Part shown: piece by piece, positions 11,358-23,343 of the stretch
How the letters are laid out: each line of letters begins with the position of its first letter
Position numbering within the stretch: position 1 is the stretch's first letter
Source: Ylistrum balloti
Lineage: Eukaryota
Reading direction: 5' to 3'
DNA length: 64,000 nucleotides
NCBI RefSeq assembly: GCF_031769215.1
Contig: NW_026782326.1
Coordinates: 715,432-779,431 of the forward strand
Program-made: the position numbers and the translations under genes
The notes under the pieces: model-generated
Databases searched by the model: none
What the model was told of the DNA's origin: nothing
Seen by the model: only the letters and a program-made list of their open reading frames with translations

Positions 11358-12033
11358 TTAGTTAACATTCAGGAGCCAATGATTGCTGAAATGGCTGAAC
11401 ATTTCTCTCCCCAGGAATAATTTAAAACTATTCAAGTAAACTTAATAATGTGTACTGTGGTGATGAAATGTTTTAAATACTTCACATTTTAAATTGAATT
11501 TGTATGCCATTTTGTAACAGGCATATACATTTTGTTGTCCTGGCATAGTTTGCCTGTAGATTGACTAGCTTTCACTTTAGAACTAATAGTTGTAATTAAA
11601 TATGAATAAATTATGTAACATCTGTATCAATCTCAGGGACAAGATGAGGAATTGATTTACCTATAGTTGTAGTTAGTATATTTTCAGCCTCTCTAAGTTT
11701 TCGTAACCTTAAAATAAATTTCTGTCAAACTAATCTTTATCATATCAGATGAGTTTTCTATCATCTAGTTTCCTTTAAATCGGTACGGTTACATCAGGAA
11801 TCATCTATATAATATAAAAGGTTGGGCATGATTCCGGAGATTCTCTTCTATAATGGGGGTTTCCCGGTCTTAATTGCAATGATGAAAAATTATGATGATT
11901 AGGGTACATTTTCTATTATTTAACATTATTTTGTCAAAATCTTTATGTTACAAAAGCATAGAGGGACTAATTAGTTTTTCAAACTTACTGCTGAAGAAAT
12001 ACAATTAATTTCGTGAGATAAAAGTCCAAAAGT

Positions 12034-12459
12034 TTATTTATGTTTGAGGTCCACCCTGCATTTTGAAGAACCCTGACAATTGCAATCAATGTCTTTGGTG
12101 GTCCAAACGACAAAGTCACAACTTGACTTCTTCAGGATGTGAAGCTGTCCCTGGACTTGATCATAGTAGGTGTGGTCCTCCTTCAAATGGTAAAGTTGTT
12201 TTCCTTGATGTATCTGGAAATCTGGAATCAGAGAAATGACCAATTATTACAACTTTGCGAGCAATATAGAACCAATATTAAGTATTTCTTATGACAACTG
12301 ATTAAAAGCATCAGATTTCATACACCTCGAGAAAAACAAAAGTTATTACTTTTTATTTTTACCTAAACAAAATCCTTTGATCGATGTTATGGCTTCTGGT
12401 ATAGTCATATTTCTCGCACTGAAAGGACATTTGATCTCAATCAATTCCGACTCCATTTT
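12034..12459 (-). CDS. YqaJ-like (lambda-exonuclease-type PD-(D/E)XK) nuclease domain, two exons (12459-12363 and about 12236-12034) with a GT-AG intron
   Basis: Exon 1 encodes ...EFGSMKMESELIEIKCPFSARNMTIPEAITSIKGFCL (the EIKCP catalytic motif). Exon 2 encodes ...QIHQGKQLYHLKEDHTYYDQVQGQLHIL...DFVVWT (the YYxQVQGQ...DFVV motif). Donor gtaaaaat, acceptor ...tctgattccag. The upstream part of the gene is not resolved. Confidence 0.55.
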
Positions 12460-13600
12460 CATTGAGCCAAATTCCTGTAAAATTGATACCTTTATCTTAG
12501 CAGTGTCACTGAAAAATCTGACTAAACAGTTACTAGCTAAGGTTTTTTCCTGTTAATAAATGGCATTGTTATCAGAATGACCGAATTTTCTATATCGTTA
12601 TTTTCAAATCAACCTATGAATTTAGATCCACAATTATGTTATAATTTAAGTTCAAATGTGAAATTTAAACTTTGGATCATCTTGAGACCTTGACTCATAA
12701 TAATGAGAAAATCAAACGAAATATTTTTCCATATCAATTTTCTACTAAGATCAACGTTAGGGATTGTGACATATTAGTAAAAACTTTAGCTGTTTAGTAG
12801 CAGTGAGCACACAATATAACATGTAGAGGGAATGTAAGCTGAACAGAAGTGCACACAAACAGAAAAAAACTGGCAAGGAAAATAAATCACGTGACAACAA
12901 TGAGGGGATAAAAACAGCAGATTTATCACTTCACGTACGTTCACATGATAACTTCTGTACCTCATACTGGCATCGGCAAGAGCTCAAGATTTTATCGATT
13001 TTATTGCTTTTGTGAAGATTGCCAAGACTTTATATTAGTGGTTGTGGTAAACAAAGATACTGTTGAACTATACCGAGTGTATCTTAAACATTTCAGCCTC
13101 ACCACCTGTCCGCTCTTAAAACAAAAATTACCGGCCTTACCCCGGGCCGTGTTGGACAATGGAGACGCCATTTTGATTTTAACGTGTCACCCCACTCAGT
13201 CATTCATCTGTCTCCAAGTTCTTTTCTATTGACAGTTCGTTTATATGCTGTTGATTTTTTTTACCATTCATCCTACTTGATCATTTTACCTGCTGATTAC
13301 TCCCCTTTATTAGTCACACATTGTCATCACGCTGATTGATTGCTATCGATTTCTATCTCACATTGTCATCACATTGATCGATCTTTATATTGTACAAGTA
13401 TTTTTAACACTTCAAAACACATAACCTCCCAAACAATTCTCTCTCTTGCACGGACGAGAAGATGTCAAAGATGGCGGTGGCAATTAGGGAGCCCAGAGGC
13501 ACAATAGTAGAATCAGTCTCTACATCAAGAGACTTCCCCACAATTGAGAGGACTAGGACATACTCACTAAACAAAGCCAAATATCTACAAAAGGAGAGAG

Positions 13601-14443
13601 ATGATTGCAGTAAGACCCTCCTCAAGATCATCCCAAAAGACGGCGGCAATCAGTACAAATTTGAGTGCAGTGCAGATGCTTAAGTATGAACTACTCAAAT
13701 CCTTCAGTGACACAAACTTTGTTAACAAGTACCAAATTGCTGTAAAAATTGAAACTATCACAGATGCTAAGGGCAACTCCCCAGAACTAATTGTGAGAGT
13801 ATGCAACAGACTCAACTCAGGGGCACCAGGGAAAAGACAGAAGTTTGCTATAAACATGTACCACACCCAATCTTCCCTCCTGATTAATGGTCGATATGCT
13901 TCCCTATTCCACGATGAAATACTACCCGAAATGGTAAAAAACATCAAAGAAAAACCCGGCATGACACATCTAGACAAACAGATTGCGGGTGTTATAGATA
14001 GATACCTGGAAAAGAGCATAGCAGACATGACTCGTTTAGATGAATTATCTGGCAATTCCATCATCGATGAAGATGTTCTAGCTGTCGAGTACAATCCCGG
14101 TAATGCCACAAGGAGCAGTGAGCAAGATATAGATATCGAGACATGTCATCACTGTGAAAACTTTACCGATGAGGGCATACAGTGTGACACCTGTAAGCGA
14201 TGGAACCACTACAAATGTGAGAATTTTGATACCATACTTGAAGACTTTTATAGCGGCGACAACAGTACGGAATATAACTGTATATCCTGCAGAGAACTCA
14301 CAAACCAACCAAAATTCATGTCCGGTATGGTGGAAGAGGAAACAGATAACCTCAGACAGGATGAAGTACATAACCTGGAATCCACACACCACGGCGAACT
14401 CACAGACTTCAGCCTTACTGAAGTAAAAGAGACAGCAAGATAG
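13601..14443 (+). CDS. Repeat-associated ORF with a C-terminal PHD-type zinc finger (probably a retroelement ORF1-like protein)
   Basis: CHHCENFTDEGIQCDTCKRWNHYKCENF...YNCISC is a C4HC3 finger of the same style as the LINE ORF1 copies at 33345-33581 and 35247-35708. The start codon is uncertain because the ORF track allows alternative starts. Confidence 0.4.
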   Translation: MIAVRPSSRSSQKTAAISTNLSAVQMLKYELLKSFSDTNFVNKYQIAVKIETITDAKGNSPELIVRVCNRLNSGAPGKRQKFAINMYHTQSSLLINGRYASLFHDEILPEMVKNIKEKPGMTHLDKQIAGVIDRYLEKSIADMTRLDELSGNSIIDEDVLAVEYNPGNATRSSEQDIDIETCHHCENFTDEGIQCDTCKRWNHYKCENFDTILEDFYSGDNSTEYNCISCRELTNQPKFMSGMVEEETDNLRQDEVHNLESTHHGELTDFSLTEVKETAR

Positions 14444-15712
14444 CTAATCGGCTCAGCCAGTTCACCTATACAAGGAAAGCCTGCAGGGGTCATGGAAGCA
14501 ATCATGGATCAAGAGGCAAACAGTGACCCAAAAAACAACACAATATACAACCCCTAAGATTCGAACAAAGTACAAACTTCTACAGTTAGTTCTACGGTTA
14601 GTATTGGTGGAAACGACAACAGGGAAACCTCTTCATCCAATATCTCAAGGTTGCCAATTTTAAGAATGAGCAACAAAACCAATCCCCTAAAGCCAACCAG
14701 AAGAAAGAAACAAAAGTCAACAAACGACAGTAAAGGAGAGTTGGAATGCCACGCTTGCTCTGACAACTGATCAGCGGTTTGTTTATCTCTAGAACGCAAA
14801 CTCTCGTTGGATCTCGTGAAGTCTCGCGCTTGACCTTTCTCGCCCTATTGACCATTTCAAAGGCATCAGGAACCTTTAAATCCGCCACTCCTACGGTTTT
14901 GTTTTTGGAATATGAAAATATCGAGTCAGTTCTGTATATTACATACGGTGAAACTTGCCGTTCTCGAAGAATACAACCTAGTAATGTCATCCAAATTCAT
15001 CGAAAACGGCCATTTTGTAACATGACGAAAAAGATGATATAACGCTTACCGCTTCAGTTTGTGATTCTCGTGGGAACCTGGGAAAATAACGAATGGATTA
15101 TTTTATATATCAATGCATTAGGAACGGTGTCAGGTGTAGTACTTGCCCGGTGAAAATGTGCCCGGCCTTGTTAATTTTAAGAACGTTCCCGTTCTCTGTT
15201 CTCTTGCCATAACTTTTAAGATATATTTAAAAACCAAGATAGCGGATATGCAAAATTAGTGAACGAGTTTAATCTGCCGTATACGGTTACTGCGTGTCCT
15301 TTTAAATGGTTCATACTGACTTCCAGGTTTCAAATTTAAGGACTTTCCAGGAATTTTTTCCATGAAATTCAAGGACTTTTCAAGGACATTTTTCTGCATA
15401 TTTCAGGGAAATAAACTATAATTAAGAACTAAAACATAAGAAAACAAATATTTTTTTTGTATTTTCACAACATGTTTACACAGCTATATGGTTTTACTGT
15501 TTATACATGAGAGGATTCTTTAATTTCTTTAAAGGATTTAACACATTCCAACACTTTCATTTCCAATTCTTTTGCATACATTTCTTTTTCTCGTCCTTTA
15601 GCACGTAAAGAATTTGAATGTGAAATGAAGCTTAAGTTAGACTCCTTTTCTGCTCTTTCTGATAAAGTATCTGCAGATTGAAAAAGAGAAAGTGCATCTG
15701 TTTGTGCTTGTT

Positions 15713-16087
15713 TTAGTTTTTTCTTTGGTGTTCAAGTTCATCTTCTGCTAACTTTCTTTTGTTTCTTTGTTCCTGTGTCCTTCCTTTCTCTTTTTCCTTC
15801 TCAAGATGTTCCATATACCTATGTCTGGCCCCTTGACAACTAACTAACAAATCTTTTGTAACAGACACATTTAAAACACCTCCTACACCGTGGACATGAT
15901 CACAAATTAGCCTTTGGGCAACTACTGTTTTATCTTTCATATTTTCAGTTTCAACCTTTGCATTTACAGAAAAGCCACGTTCGACTGAAGCTTGTCCATG
16001 AGACGACAGAAGTATCATTTTGGTAATTCTGAAAATGTTGATATATTCTGGCTTTCCCATGTGTAAACTGTAGAAGACATCAAGCAA
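15713..16087 (-). CDS. hAT-family dimerisation domain (hATC) exon: 3' end of a hAT-transposase-like (ZMYM1/GTF2IRD2-like) gene
   Basis: ...LSSHGQASVERGFSVNAKVETENMKDKTVVAQRLICDH is the canonical hATC motif (S.ERvFS......R.RL). Confidence 0.6.
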   Translation of the reverse strand: MLDVFYSLHMGKPEYINIFRITKMILLSSHGQASVERGFSVNAKVETENMKDKTVVAQRLICDHVHGVGGVLNVSVTKDLLVSCQGARHRYMEHLEKEKEKGRTQEQRNKRKLAEDELEHQRKN

Positions 16088-16219
16088 GTCTTGAATCCTC
16101 TGAAAATGGATTGAAAAGGTCTGACCCTATGATAGGAATGGCTTCCAAAAAGGTTGTATATTCAAGGACACAAGTATCACATTCATTTTCATGAATCCTG
16201 TTGAGACTGACTAACGTTT

Positions 16220-16840
16220 CTAAAAGCATATGCTTACAGATTTATTACATTTAACCATTTCTCTGGGATTCAGTACTGCTAAATTTTTGGATAAAGGACT
16301 TTTGTCACACACTTTTTTCACAAGTTCAAGAATGCATTTTTTACATTCCATTCGAAAATTCATTACTTGTCTGTCACTTAAATTGTGTTTCTTTTTTGCA
16401 TTTTTCAGTGATCTAACAGCAGCAAAACCAATTTCTATTTTGTTATGTAGAAGATGTGTGTCAGTTACATCAAGATCTATTGATGTCAAACTTGAAACAC
16501 CGTCAATGACCTCCTCCTTCAAACCCTGCTTAAGCATAGCTTTCACAATGCGTTGGAGTTCTGTGTACAGAAATGGGACCATAGGGCGATCAGTTTGAAA
16601 ATTTCCCATGAAACCTGCCAACTGTTTGGTAACAAACAGAAAGAATTCCAACTTTGCTTTTATTAGTTTATCATTTACACCTTCCTTGATAGCCTCATAT
16701 GAGTTGTAGTTTGGTTTATTAATAACATGTGATTCACATTTCTGCACATAAACTTTGAGTTTAGGGAGCAATTCAACCGCTCTCTCGGCTACAGGTACAT
16801 TCTCCATCCATCTGTGACTAACAAATTTTGATGGCAGCAT
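16220..16840 (-). CDS. Middle exon or exons of the same hAT-like gene
   Basis: Lies on the same strand immediately upstream of the hATC exon. Truncated in copy 2 (22912-23184), where the duplication junction cuts it. Confidence 0.5.
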   Translation of the reverse strand: MLPSKFVSHRWMENVPVAERAVELLPKLKVYVQKCESHVINKPNYNSYEAIKEGVNDKLIKAKLEFFLFVTKQLAGFMGNFQTDRPMVPFLYTELQRIVKAMLKQGLKEEVIDGVSSLTSIDLDVTDTHLLHNKIEIGFAAVRSLKNAKKKHNLSDRQVMNFRMECKKCILELVKKVCDKSPLSKNLAVLNPREMVKCNKSVSICF

Positions 16841-16999
16841 TGTGGTTCCAGTTACACAAATATACTAAACAAAAAAAAGAAAGGTAACACTACTTTATTC
16901 TGTGATTAATTAATTAACCCCTTCATAAATCCTTACCAATCATGTACGAATAAAGTAATTGATCAATTCTAATAAAACTGCAGTCATGGTTCATTATAA

Positions 17000-18170
17000 A
17001 ACTTTGCGTTCAGTTGATTTTATTTGACTGTAAAGGACGTTGGGGTCAATTTCAAAGGTAACTACATTAGTAACGGGTATGGCCACCGTTTGCGAAGTAA
17101 ACAGCATTGCAGCGTCATCGCATGGAACTCGTAAACCGGCGGATAATTCGAGGAGAGATGTTGTTCCATTCAGCGATCAAGGCTTGGGCCAGCTCCTGCA
17201 AGTCGCCCAAGGACGTCCCAGACATGCTCAATCGGTGCCAAATCAGGTGAATTAGATGGCCAATCTAACACCTGTACGTTATTCTGCTGCAAGAAAGTTC
17301 TGCTGACGCGACTGGTGTGCGCTGGTGCGTTATCCTGTTGAAAAATGGCGCCAACGCCATGGCGTTTTAAGAATGGCAGAACCACTGGTCTTAAAATTTC
17401 GTCCCGATATCGAGTGCCGGTTAAATTGCCATTTAACACAACAAGCCTGATACGAGTCCCCCAAAAATACCACCCCAAACCATTACACTTCCGCCGCCAA
17501 AGCGGTCCCGTTCTGTGACGCAGCAGTTCGCAAAACGCTCCCCTCGTCGCCTCCACACTCTGGACGCCGCGCTTTCAATTGGTAGGCCCTCAATCTGTTG
17601 CGGACTTTTAGGGGAGACACACGACAACCAAACAATGTCCTTGTAGTCTCTACTGCGGTTACGAATCGATTGCGCAAGTGTATCAATCGTATACGACGGT
17701 CATCCCTGGCGGTCGTTTTACGGGGTCGGCCGCTTCGGGGACGATCGGATGTTGACCTAGTTTGGTTTAAACGACTTATCAACTGGCAAATTGTCTTAAC
17801 ACTGCAACCAAAATGCCGTGCAACTCGACGGCGAGACTCCCCAGCCTGGATCATGCCTACAGCCCTTTCTCTCTGTACTTGTGACAAACGGGACATGATG
17901 ATAAAGTTGATAGATAGCAAGATTCGGTGATTTCTAAGTCCTAAGGATCTAAGAAACAGTTGTCAGTTTGAATGTTTATGAAATTCAAGCGAAGATACAA
18001 GTTAGTCGCAAAAAAACCTCCTGCAGCTCTTTCGCTAATACAGACTTGAATGATTTTGGTAACCCCCTTGGATTTTGTAGTGTAAAACATTACCATTTTC
18101 TAATATTGCACAAACATAATTTTGTTTTCACTCATTTACAGGTATTCGCCCAGGAGATATGTTAACCTTT
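17000..18170 (-). mobile_element. Tc1/mariner (Tc1-like) element, degraded transposase, inserted between exons of the hAT-like gene
   Basis: Minus-strand ORFs carry the Tc1 N-terminal paired-like HTH (RSGRPRKTTARDDRRIR...) and the DDE C-terminus (IFQQDNAPAHTS...VLDWPSNSPDLAPIEHVWD). The transposase is split over three frames. TIR termini could not be pinned by eye, so the coordinates are approximate. Confidence 0.75.
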
Positions 18171-18530
18171 CTTTTTTTGTTGAGTATATAATCCTCTCTT
18201 TTAGCTGGACTATCAAAAATTTGAAATGAAAATCTGCAGTATTCTACATAAAAATGTAAATTAAACATTGAATTTATACCATAGCATGCACCATTTCTAT
18301 TTTCATAAATAAAATTTGATGACTGCGTTAATTATCAATATTAATGCACATTTTTCGCTCGTCAATTATTTTGACAACTACGTATGTATATACACATGCA
18401 GTTAACTACATACCGGTATAAATGTACATCATGCATGGGATTTATTTAGAATAACATGTACCCATGTATATCATGACATTAATTAGTGACATAATATATT
18501 TCAATTATTGATGATACAGTTAACAACTTA

Positions 18531-19616
18531 TCAATTCATGTCATTGCTGTACAATTTTACATGTATATAAACTTCATTCTTGCATGTAATTACCTTAAAC
18601 AGATAGTATAATGAGGACAAAAAAGTTGACATGTTCCACTCTGTTTTCTGAAATCCAGTCTTGAATGCGTTATGTACTATGTGGAGTCCACATGAACCAT
18701 TGTTAATCAAATCTACATCATGGTCATTCTTCATTCTGTTCCTCAATAATCCATAGAATTTCCAGTTTACATTTGGACCATCCATCGAAACCTGCAGGAC
18801 ATGTTTAAGATGATTTGTTTCAAGTCCACTCAAGCCCTCCAAAAAGTGCTTTAAAACATCTTCAGAGGAACAGTGTCCCATAAATTGGGAGTTAAAATAC
18901 CTGGAACTGATACTATCAGATTCACCATCCTAGAGTCTTAATAAAATGTCCATCTGTTTCAACTGCATTTTTTTGTTCAGACTCTCGTCAAACATTATCA
19001 CGAAGTCACCAGTAAGTTTCTTCTGTAACAAAGACTTAAGATAGTCCGCTATCCCAAACACGCACATGTATCTAGATTTCGCCTCCCCACAGGAAAATCC
19101 ACTCGCTATGTTACTATCACTAAACGTGACTTTAAATAACTTTGAAACATTTTCGTTTGACTTATACGAGATGCGAGATACTATTGTAACCCACACAATT
19201 TCTGCTTTCAACACGTCATTTTTTGTTACGAAGTCAGTCATTCTCATTGTCACAGACGATCGTTCTGCACTACTTGTAGTACTTGATGACGGCTGAGGAT
19301 TATTCGGCGACGTTTCCATCGATTCATTTTCTTTTTTAACAGGAATTTTAGACTGTTTTGACATAGATGCGGCAAGTGTTTTATGCTTTTCTGATTTTTC
19401 GTGGCTTTTTAATGCCGACTCGCCCATCTTTCCAACATCTAACGCTTTCTCACACAAAGTACAGCGAGCTTTATTTCGCTCTCCTTTGATCCCCCGTACC
19501 CACACATATCGCGTTTCCCACTGTTTGTTTGTAAACACACACATGGAAAGGCATATCATCGATAGAAAACTAGGCCAAGCGCAAAGATGAGTCACTGCCA
19601 ACACACACGTGTACAT
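18531..19616 (-). CDS. N-terminal exons of the hAT-like (ZMYM1-like) gene: zinc-finger region plus DUF4371-like region
   Basis: ORFs 18930-19616 (CTLCEKAL...KSHEKSEKH zinc finger; ...FVIMFDESLNKKMQLKQMDILLRL) and 18531-18881 (...MDGPNVNWKFYGLL...) resemble the DUF4371/hAT N-terminal region found with hATC domains in ZMYM1-type proteins. Confidence 0.55.
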
Positions 19617-20180
19617 TCAAAATGGCAGTTCATAATCAATAACATTCGGAACACTTTTACTTTTAGGTAGCTCATGTAGAAGAACACAGAGATTAATGTC
19701 TGGGTCATTGCTACACATATGGTAAAACATTGAAACGAAAGTGAAAAACAACGATGAAATACGGAGAAAAAAACGACAGTGCTTACAGAAAGCTATTCTG
19801 GCAAAAATTGATTTAATTCAAGGACTTTTCAAGATAATTAGCTTAGTTCCCAGGACTTTCAAGGTATTTTTTTTAAATTCCAAGACTTTTACAGGCATCA
19901 GCTGAAATGCATGGACTTTTCATTTGCGTACGAACCATGTTTTATTATATGATAAAAAGTATTTTATAGCTAGATTGGATAAGAAACCGTTCAGGATACA
20001 CTTTAATAACGAAAGTGAAAGTAAAGGTTATTCCAAGGAGTCCGTGGTCATTCGGAGAAATACAAGTATTTCAACCAAGTTGTAATACATCCTGTATGTG
20101 ATTATAAACAGATAACCCCACAAAGGTTTGCAAGTATATATTAGTGAAAACAGTGGAATAAATAACTCTTACCAGTTACT

Positions 20181-20894
20181 ATGGATACTCCGATATATTT
20201 CTATCATAATACATCACATACATCTGAAACTGCGATAAGAGAAGATGATATCTTGGAGCCACAGGTTTATAATCCTCCTCAAAATTGGATGAGATTAGTA
20301 AGTCATCCAGTACATGTACCAGACGGGGTGTTTTTCTGTGCCACACTCTACTTTGGGGATCTCCCAACTATTTCACCATATGGCGAGAGACGAGTGAGGA
20401 TTCCTATCGATGATGTCTTGCGACAACTCGGGGGGAACGTTAAACTGTATTCAGGGGAACCAACTCAAGCTGGAAACAACACTTATGTCAGGATGATGCT
20501 TGTGAAAGAAGATGACGACTTTGATGTATTACAGCATATGAAGCAAGAAAATATAGCCAGTAATCAGTGGTTAAGACTGGCTGGAGGATACCAAGTTGCA
20601 TGTAGACCAACATGGGTGTACATCTATGTTCCCTATCCAATTAGTGTCAAAGGCTGTTCTTGGGATACAGGTATGTATCTACAATTAAATGTATATCAAC
20701 ATATACGGTTGATTTGTATATATACAATAGTACTTGACGGTTCATTCTCAAATTCCACCCCACCTTCACAGTTCAAACAACAAAAAGTAGAATTGCTGTT
20801 CTGTCAAACCTGGTTGAAAAAGGTCAGTCAAGGGTCCAGATCAATGAGGTCTTTAAGTGTTTATGAAAGTGCCCTTAAAAAGAGCTTGCATTAA
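20181..20894 (+). CDS. Unknown 237-aa ORF (copy 1). Probable intron at about 20669-20771 (gtatgt...ttcacag), which would give a C-terminus ...SWDT|VQTTKSRIAVLSNLVEKGQSRVQINEVFKCL
   Basis: Real ATG at 20181; the ORF is intact in both duplicate copies. No recognisable domain. Confidence 0.45.
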   Translation: MDTPIYFYHNTSHTSETAIREDDILEPQVYNPPQNWMRLVSHPVHVPDGVFFCATLYFGDLPTISPYGERRVRIPIDDVLRQLGGNVKLYSGEPTQAGNNTYVRMMLVKEDDDFDVLQHMKQENIASNQWLRLAGGYQVACRPTWVYIYVPYPISVKGCSWDTGMYLQLNVYQHIRLICIYTIVLDGSFSNSTPPSQFKQQKVELLFCQTWLKKVSQGSRSMRSLSVYESALKKSLH

Positions 20895-22682
20895 CATAAA
20901 GCAATGTACAGCTGTAATAGGAAGAGTAAAGGAAATATTCGATCTTTAGCTGGACACATTACCGCTCAACCATACAGGCTAAAGGGTGACTTGTTCTTTA
21001 AACTTCTACACAATTCCCTCCTTCACAAAGTCTTCGACTCCAAAGACAACAACAACCCAGGTCCAACATCTGAAAGGAAGCATCTTGATCTCCTATAGAT
21101 TCTACTCTTGGACAAATCTGCCATAAGAAGGAGTAATGGGAAAACATCGCGCTGTCCCCGCTGGGGTTCGAACTAGTGACCCTTCAGCCTCTACCTAGAC
21201 ACTCTACCACTCAACTAAATGGTGATCCTCATTAAACATGGCTACTAAGGCAACCTGTTTATGTGTGAATTTGTTACAAGTGGACAGTAAAAGTACCGGC
21301 CTTTATAGATGGGTACTTTCTTTTAAAGAGGACGCCTTAATAATTTTGTGTTTGCGATATAGAGGTAGCCTTCAGACAGGTGACTTTTATATAGAGATGA
21401 CCTTTACAAACAGTTGGTTTCTATATTGAGGTAGTCTATATAGACAGGTGTTTTATCTATAAAGGTGATCTTACAGATAGTTGTATCCCATAGATAAGCC
21501 TACACTGCAGATTCGACTTCACTTTGTAGGAAAAAATGTTTTAAAGTTATAATGCTTGAATTTAGTTCGTAGGTATCTTAATGATTGCTGTCTTTTTTTT
21601 CTTGCAGTGAAACTGATCTAGTGGTGGATTACCTAAAGGTGCCCCTACCATCATCAAAGGGATTTTATCTGACGAAACATTTCTACAAATCTTAACATCA
21701 CTGAAATAGTATGATTGATTTGAACTATATATTCAAATTTTAGATGGGGTCTCTCATGTGTACTAATAAGGTGTCTATATGAAAAAAAGGATAAAGTACA
21801 TAAGTATGCCAGTATTACACATGGAATTGCTTCAACGTAATTGAATGGATTTGATCCATTCTCAGAGTCATGATAGTTCAAAAAAGGAAAATTGAAAATT
21901 CATTTTCATTACCAGGTATATGCTTCTGTACGTCTTATAACACTACAATGATTACCATCTATGTAAAACACTGTATTAATGCTGTTATCATGATCAATTA
22001 TTATAAAACTTTTGTTGTTTAATAATCAAGTTACAGAGACTGCCATATTTCAAATTGACTTAGCTTAAACAATCATTGGAACTAAAATTTACTTATTTTT
22101 TATATTTTAAAAATAGTTTTTCTGTTATTGAAACATGAATTTTGATTCAAATTTTTCTTAGTCTAGATTTTTACCTATATTATTTTTACTGTATATTTTG
22201 GAGCAATACCTATCTGCTTTGCTTTTGCCAGCTGTGATCTTTTGCACATATGTGTTGAATTTAGTCTTCTTGCAACATGTTTAGCAATTGTAAATGTTGT
22301 CAATTTAATTTATTTTACCAATTTACAAGTATCATTTTTCAGATTTATCAAATACACAATTTATACACAATAAACTTAATGTTCATATATAGTCATTGTG
22401 GAGCTTCCTTTCTTATTATAACGTGTGATGAGTACTGTTACCAAAATTTGATTAAAACCTATTCTGTTATGGATTAAATAAAATCCGGAGTAAGACAATA
22501 ATGATATACATTTTCACATAACCATTACTCTAACTGAATCCATTAAACTGTTTTATTGTGACTACCTGGTTACATCCCGGCACATGCTGATTGTATCTCA
22601 TGTAGATTTTAAATTTCTATCTCAATACTTATCATATGGAATTATAAGCTGAATGAAATTTGTCGGTAGAATACTACCTTAT

Positions 22683-22923
22683 GTATGATAGTTCTGGGTG
22701 ACGTAGAATTCAAGTTCAGGAGTACGATACATGTAGTTATGTGTGGGGTAGAATTCCAGTGGTGGAGTATGATAGTTCTGGGTGGGTTAGAATTCCATCG
22801 GTGGAATATGATAGTTCTGGGTGACGTAGAATTCCAGTGGTGGAGTATGATAGTTCTGGGTGACATAGAATTCCAGTGGTGGAGTATGATAGTTCTGGGT
22901 GGGGTAGAATTCTAGTGATGGAG
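22683..22923. repeat. 37-bp minisatellite (gtagaattccagtggtggagtatgatagttctgggtg), about 6.5 units, at the end of duplication copy 1
   Basis: Tandem units each contain a GAATTC site. The duplication junction at 22923/22924 lies inside it. Confidence 0.9.
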
Positions 22924-23343
22924 TATAGGGCGATCAGTTTGAAAATTTCCCATGAAACCTGCCAACTGTTTGGTAACAAACAGAAAGAATTCCAACTTTG
23001 CTTTTATTAGTTTATCATTTACACCTTCCTTGATAGCCTCATATGAGTTGTAGTTTGGTTTATTAATAACATGTGATTCACATTTCTGCACATAAACTTT
23101 GAGTTTAGGGAGCAATTCAACCGCTCTCTCGGCTACAGGTACATTCTCCATCCATCTGTGACTAACAAATTTTGATGGCAGCATTGTGGTTCCAGTTACA
23201 CAAATATACTAAACAAAAAAAAGAAAGGTAACACTACTTTATTCTGTGATTAATTAATTAACCCCTTCATAAATCCTTACCAATCATGTACGAATAAAGT
23301 AATTGATCAATTCTAATAAAACTGCAGTCATGGTTCATTATAA

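Larger units (their letters stand above)
9100..11360 (+). mobile_element. PIF/Harbinger-like DNA transposon remnant (THAP exon, HTH and DDE_Tnp_4 transposase), possibly intron-containing; ends not defined
   Basis: See the component CDS entries. No TIRs or TTA/TAA target-site duplication could be located by eye. Confidence 0.5.
16580..22923. repeat. Tandem segmental duplication, copy 1 (unit about 6344 bp)
   Basis: The ORF series 17040-17255, 17170-17556, 17483-17920, 18531-18881, 18930-19616, 20181-20894 and 21238-21429 recurs at +6344 bp. The first 1.7 kb of the unit (up to about 18300) is identical in both copies and the rest is about 99% identical. Confidence 0.85.

Noticed and set aside
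17000-18170. Attempt to define Tc1 terminal inverted repeats (candidate ...gactgtaaagg... at the left end and ...catttacagg... at the right)
   Set aside because: Only a short, imperfect inverted match could be found by eye. The termini probably need alignment to a family consensus. The element boundaries are therefore reported as approximate.
21120-21205. tRNA-like sequence (ggggttcgaac T-loop-like motif; tagttgagtggtagag D-arm-like on the minus strand), duplicated at 27463-27548
   Set aside because: I could not fold a convincing cloverleaf, because the acceptor and T stems do not pair. It is more likely a tRNA-derived SINE head fragment. It is not reported as a tRNA gene.
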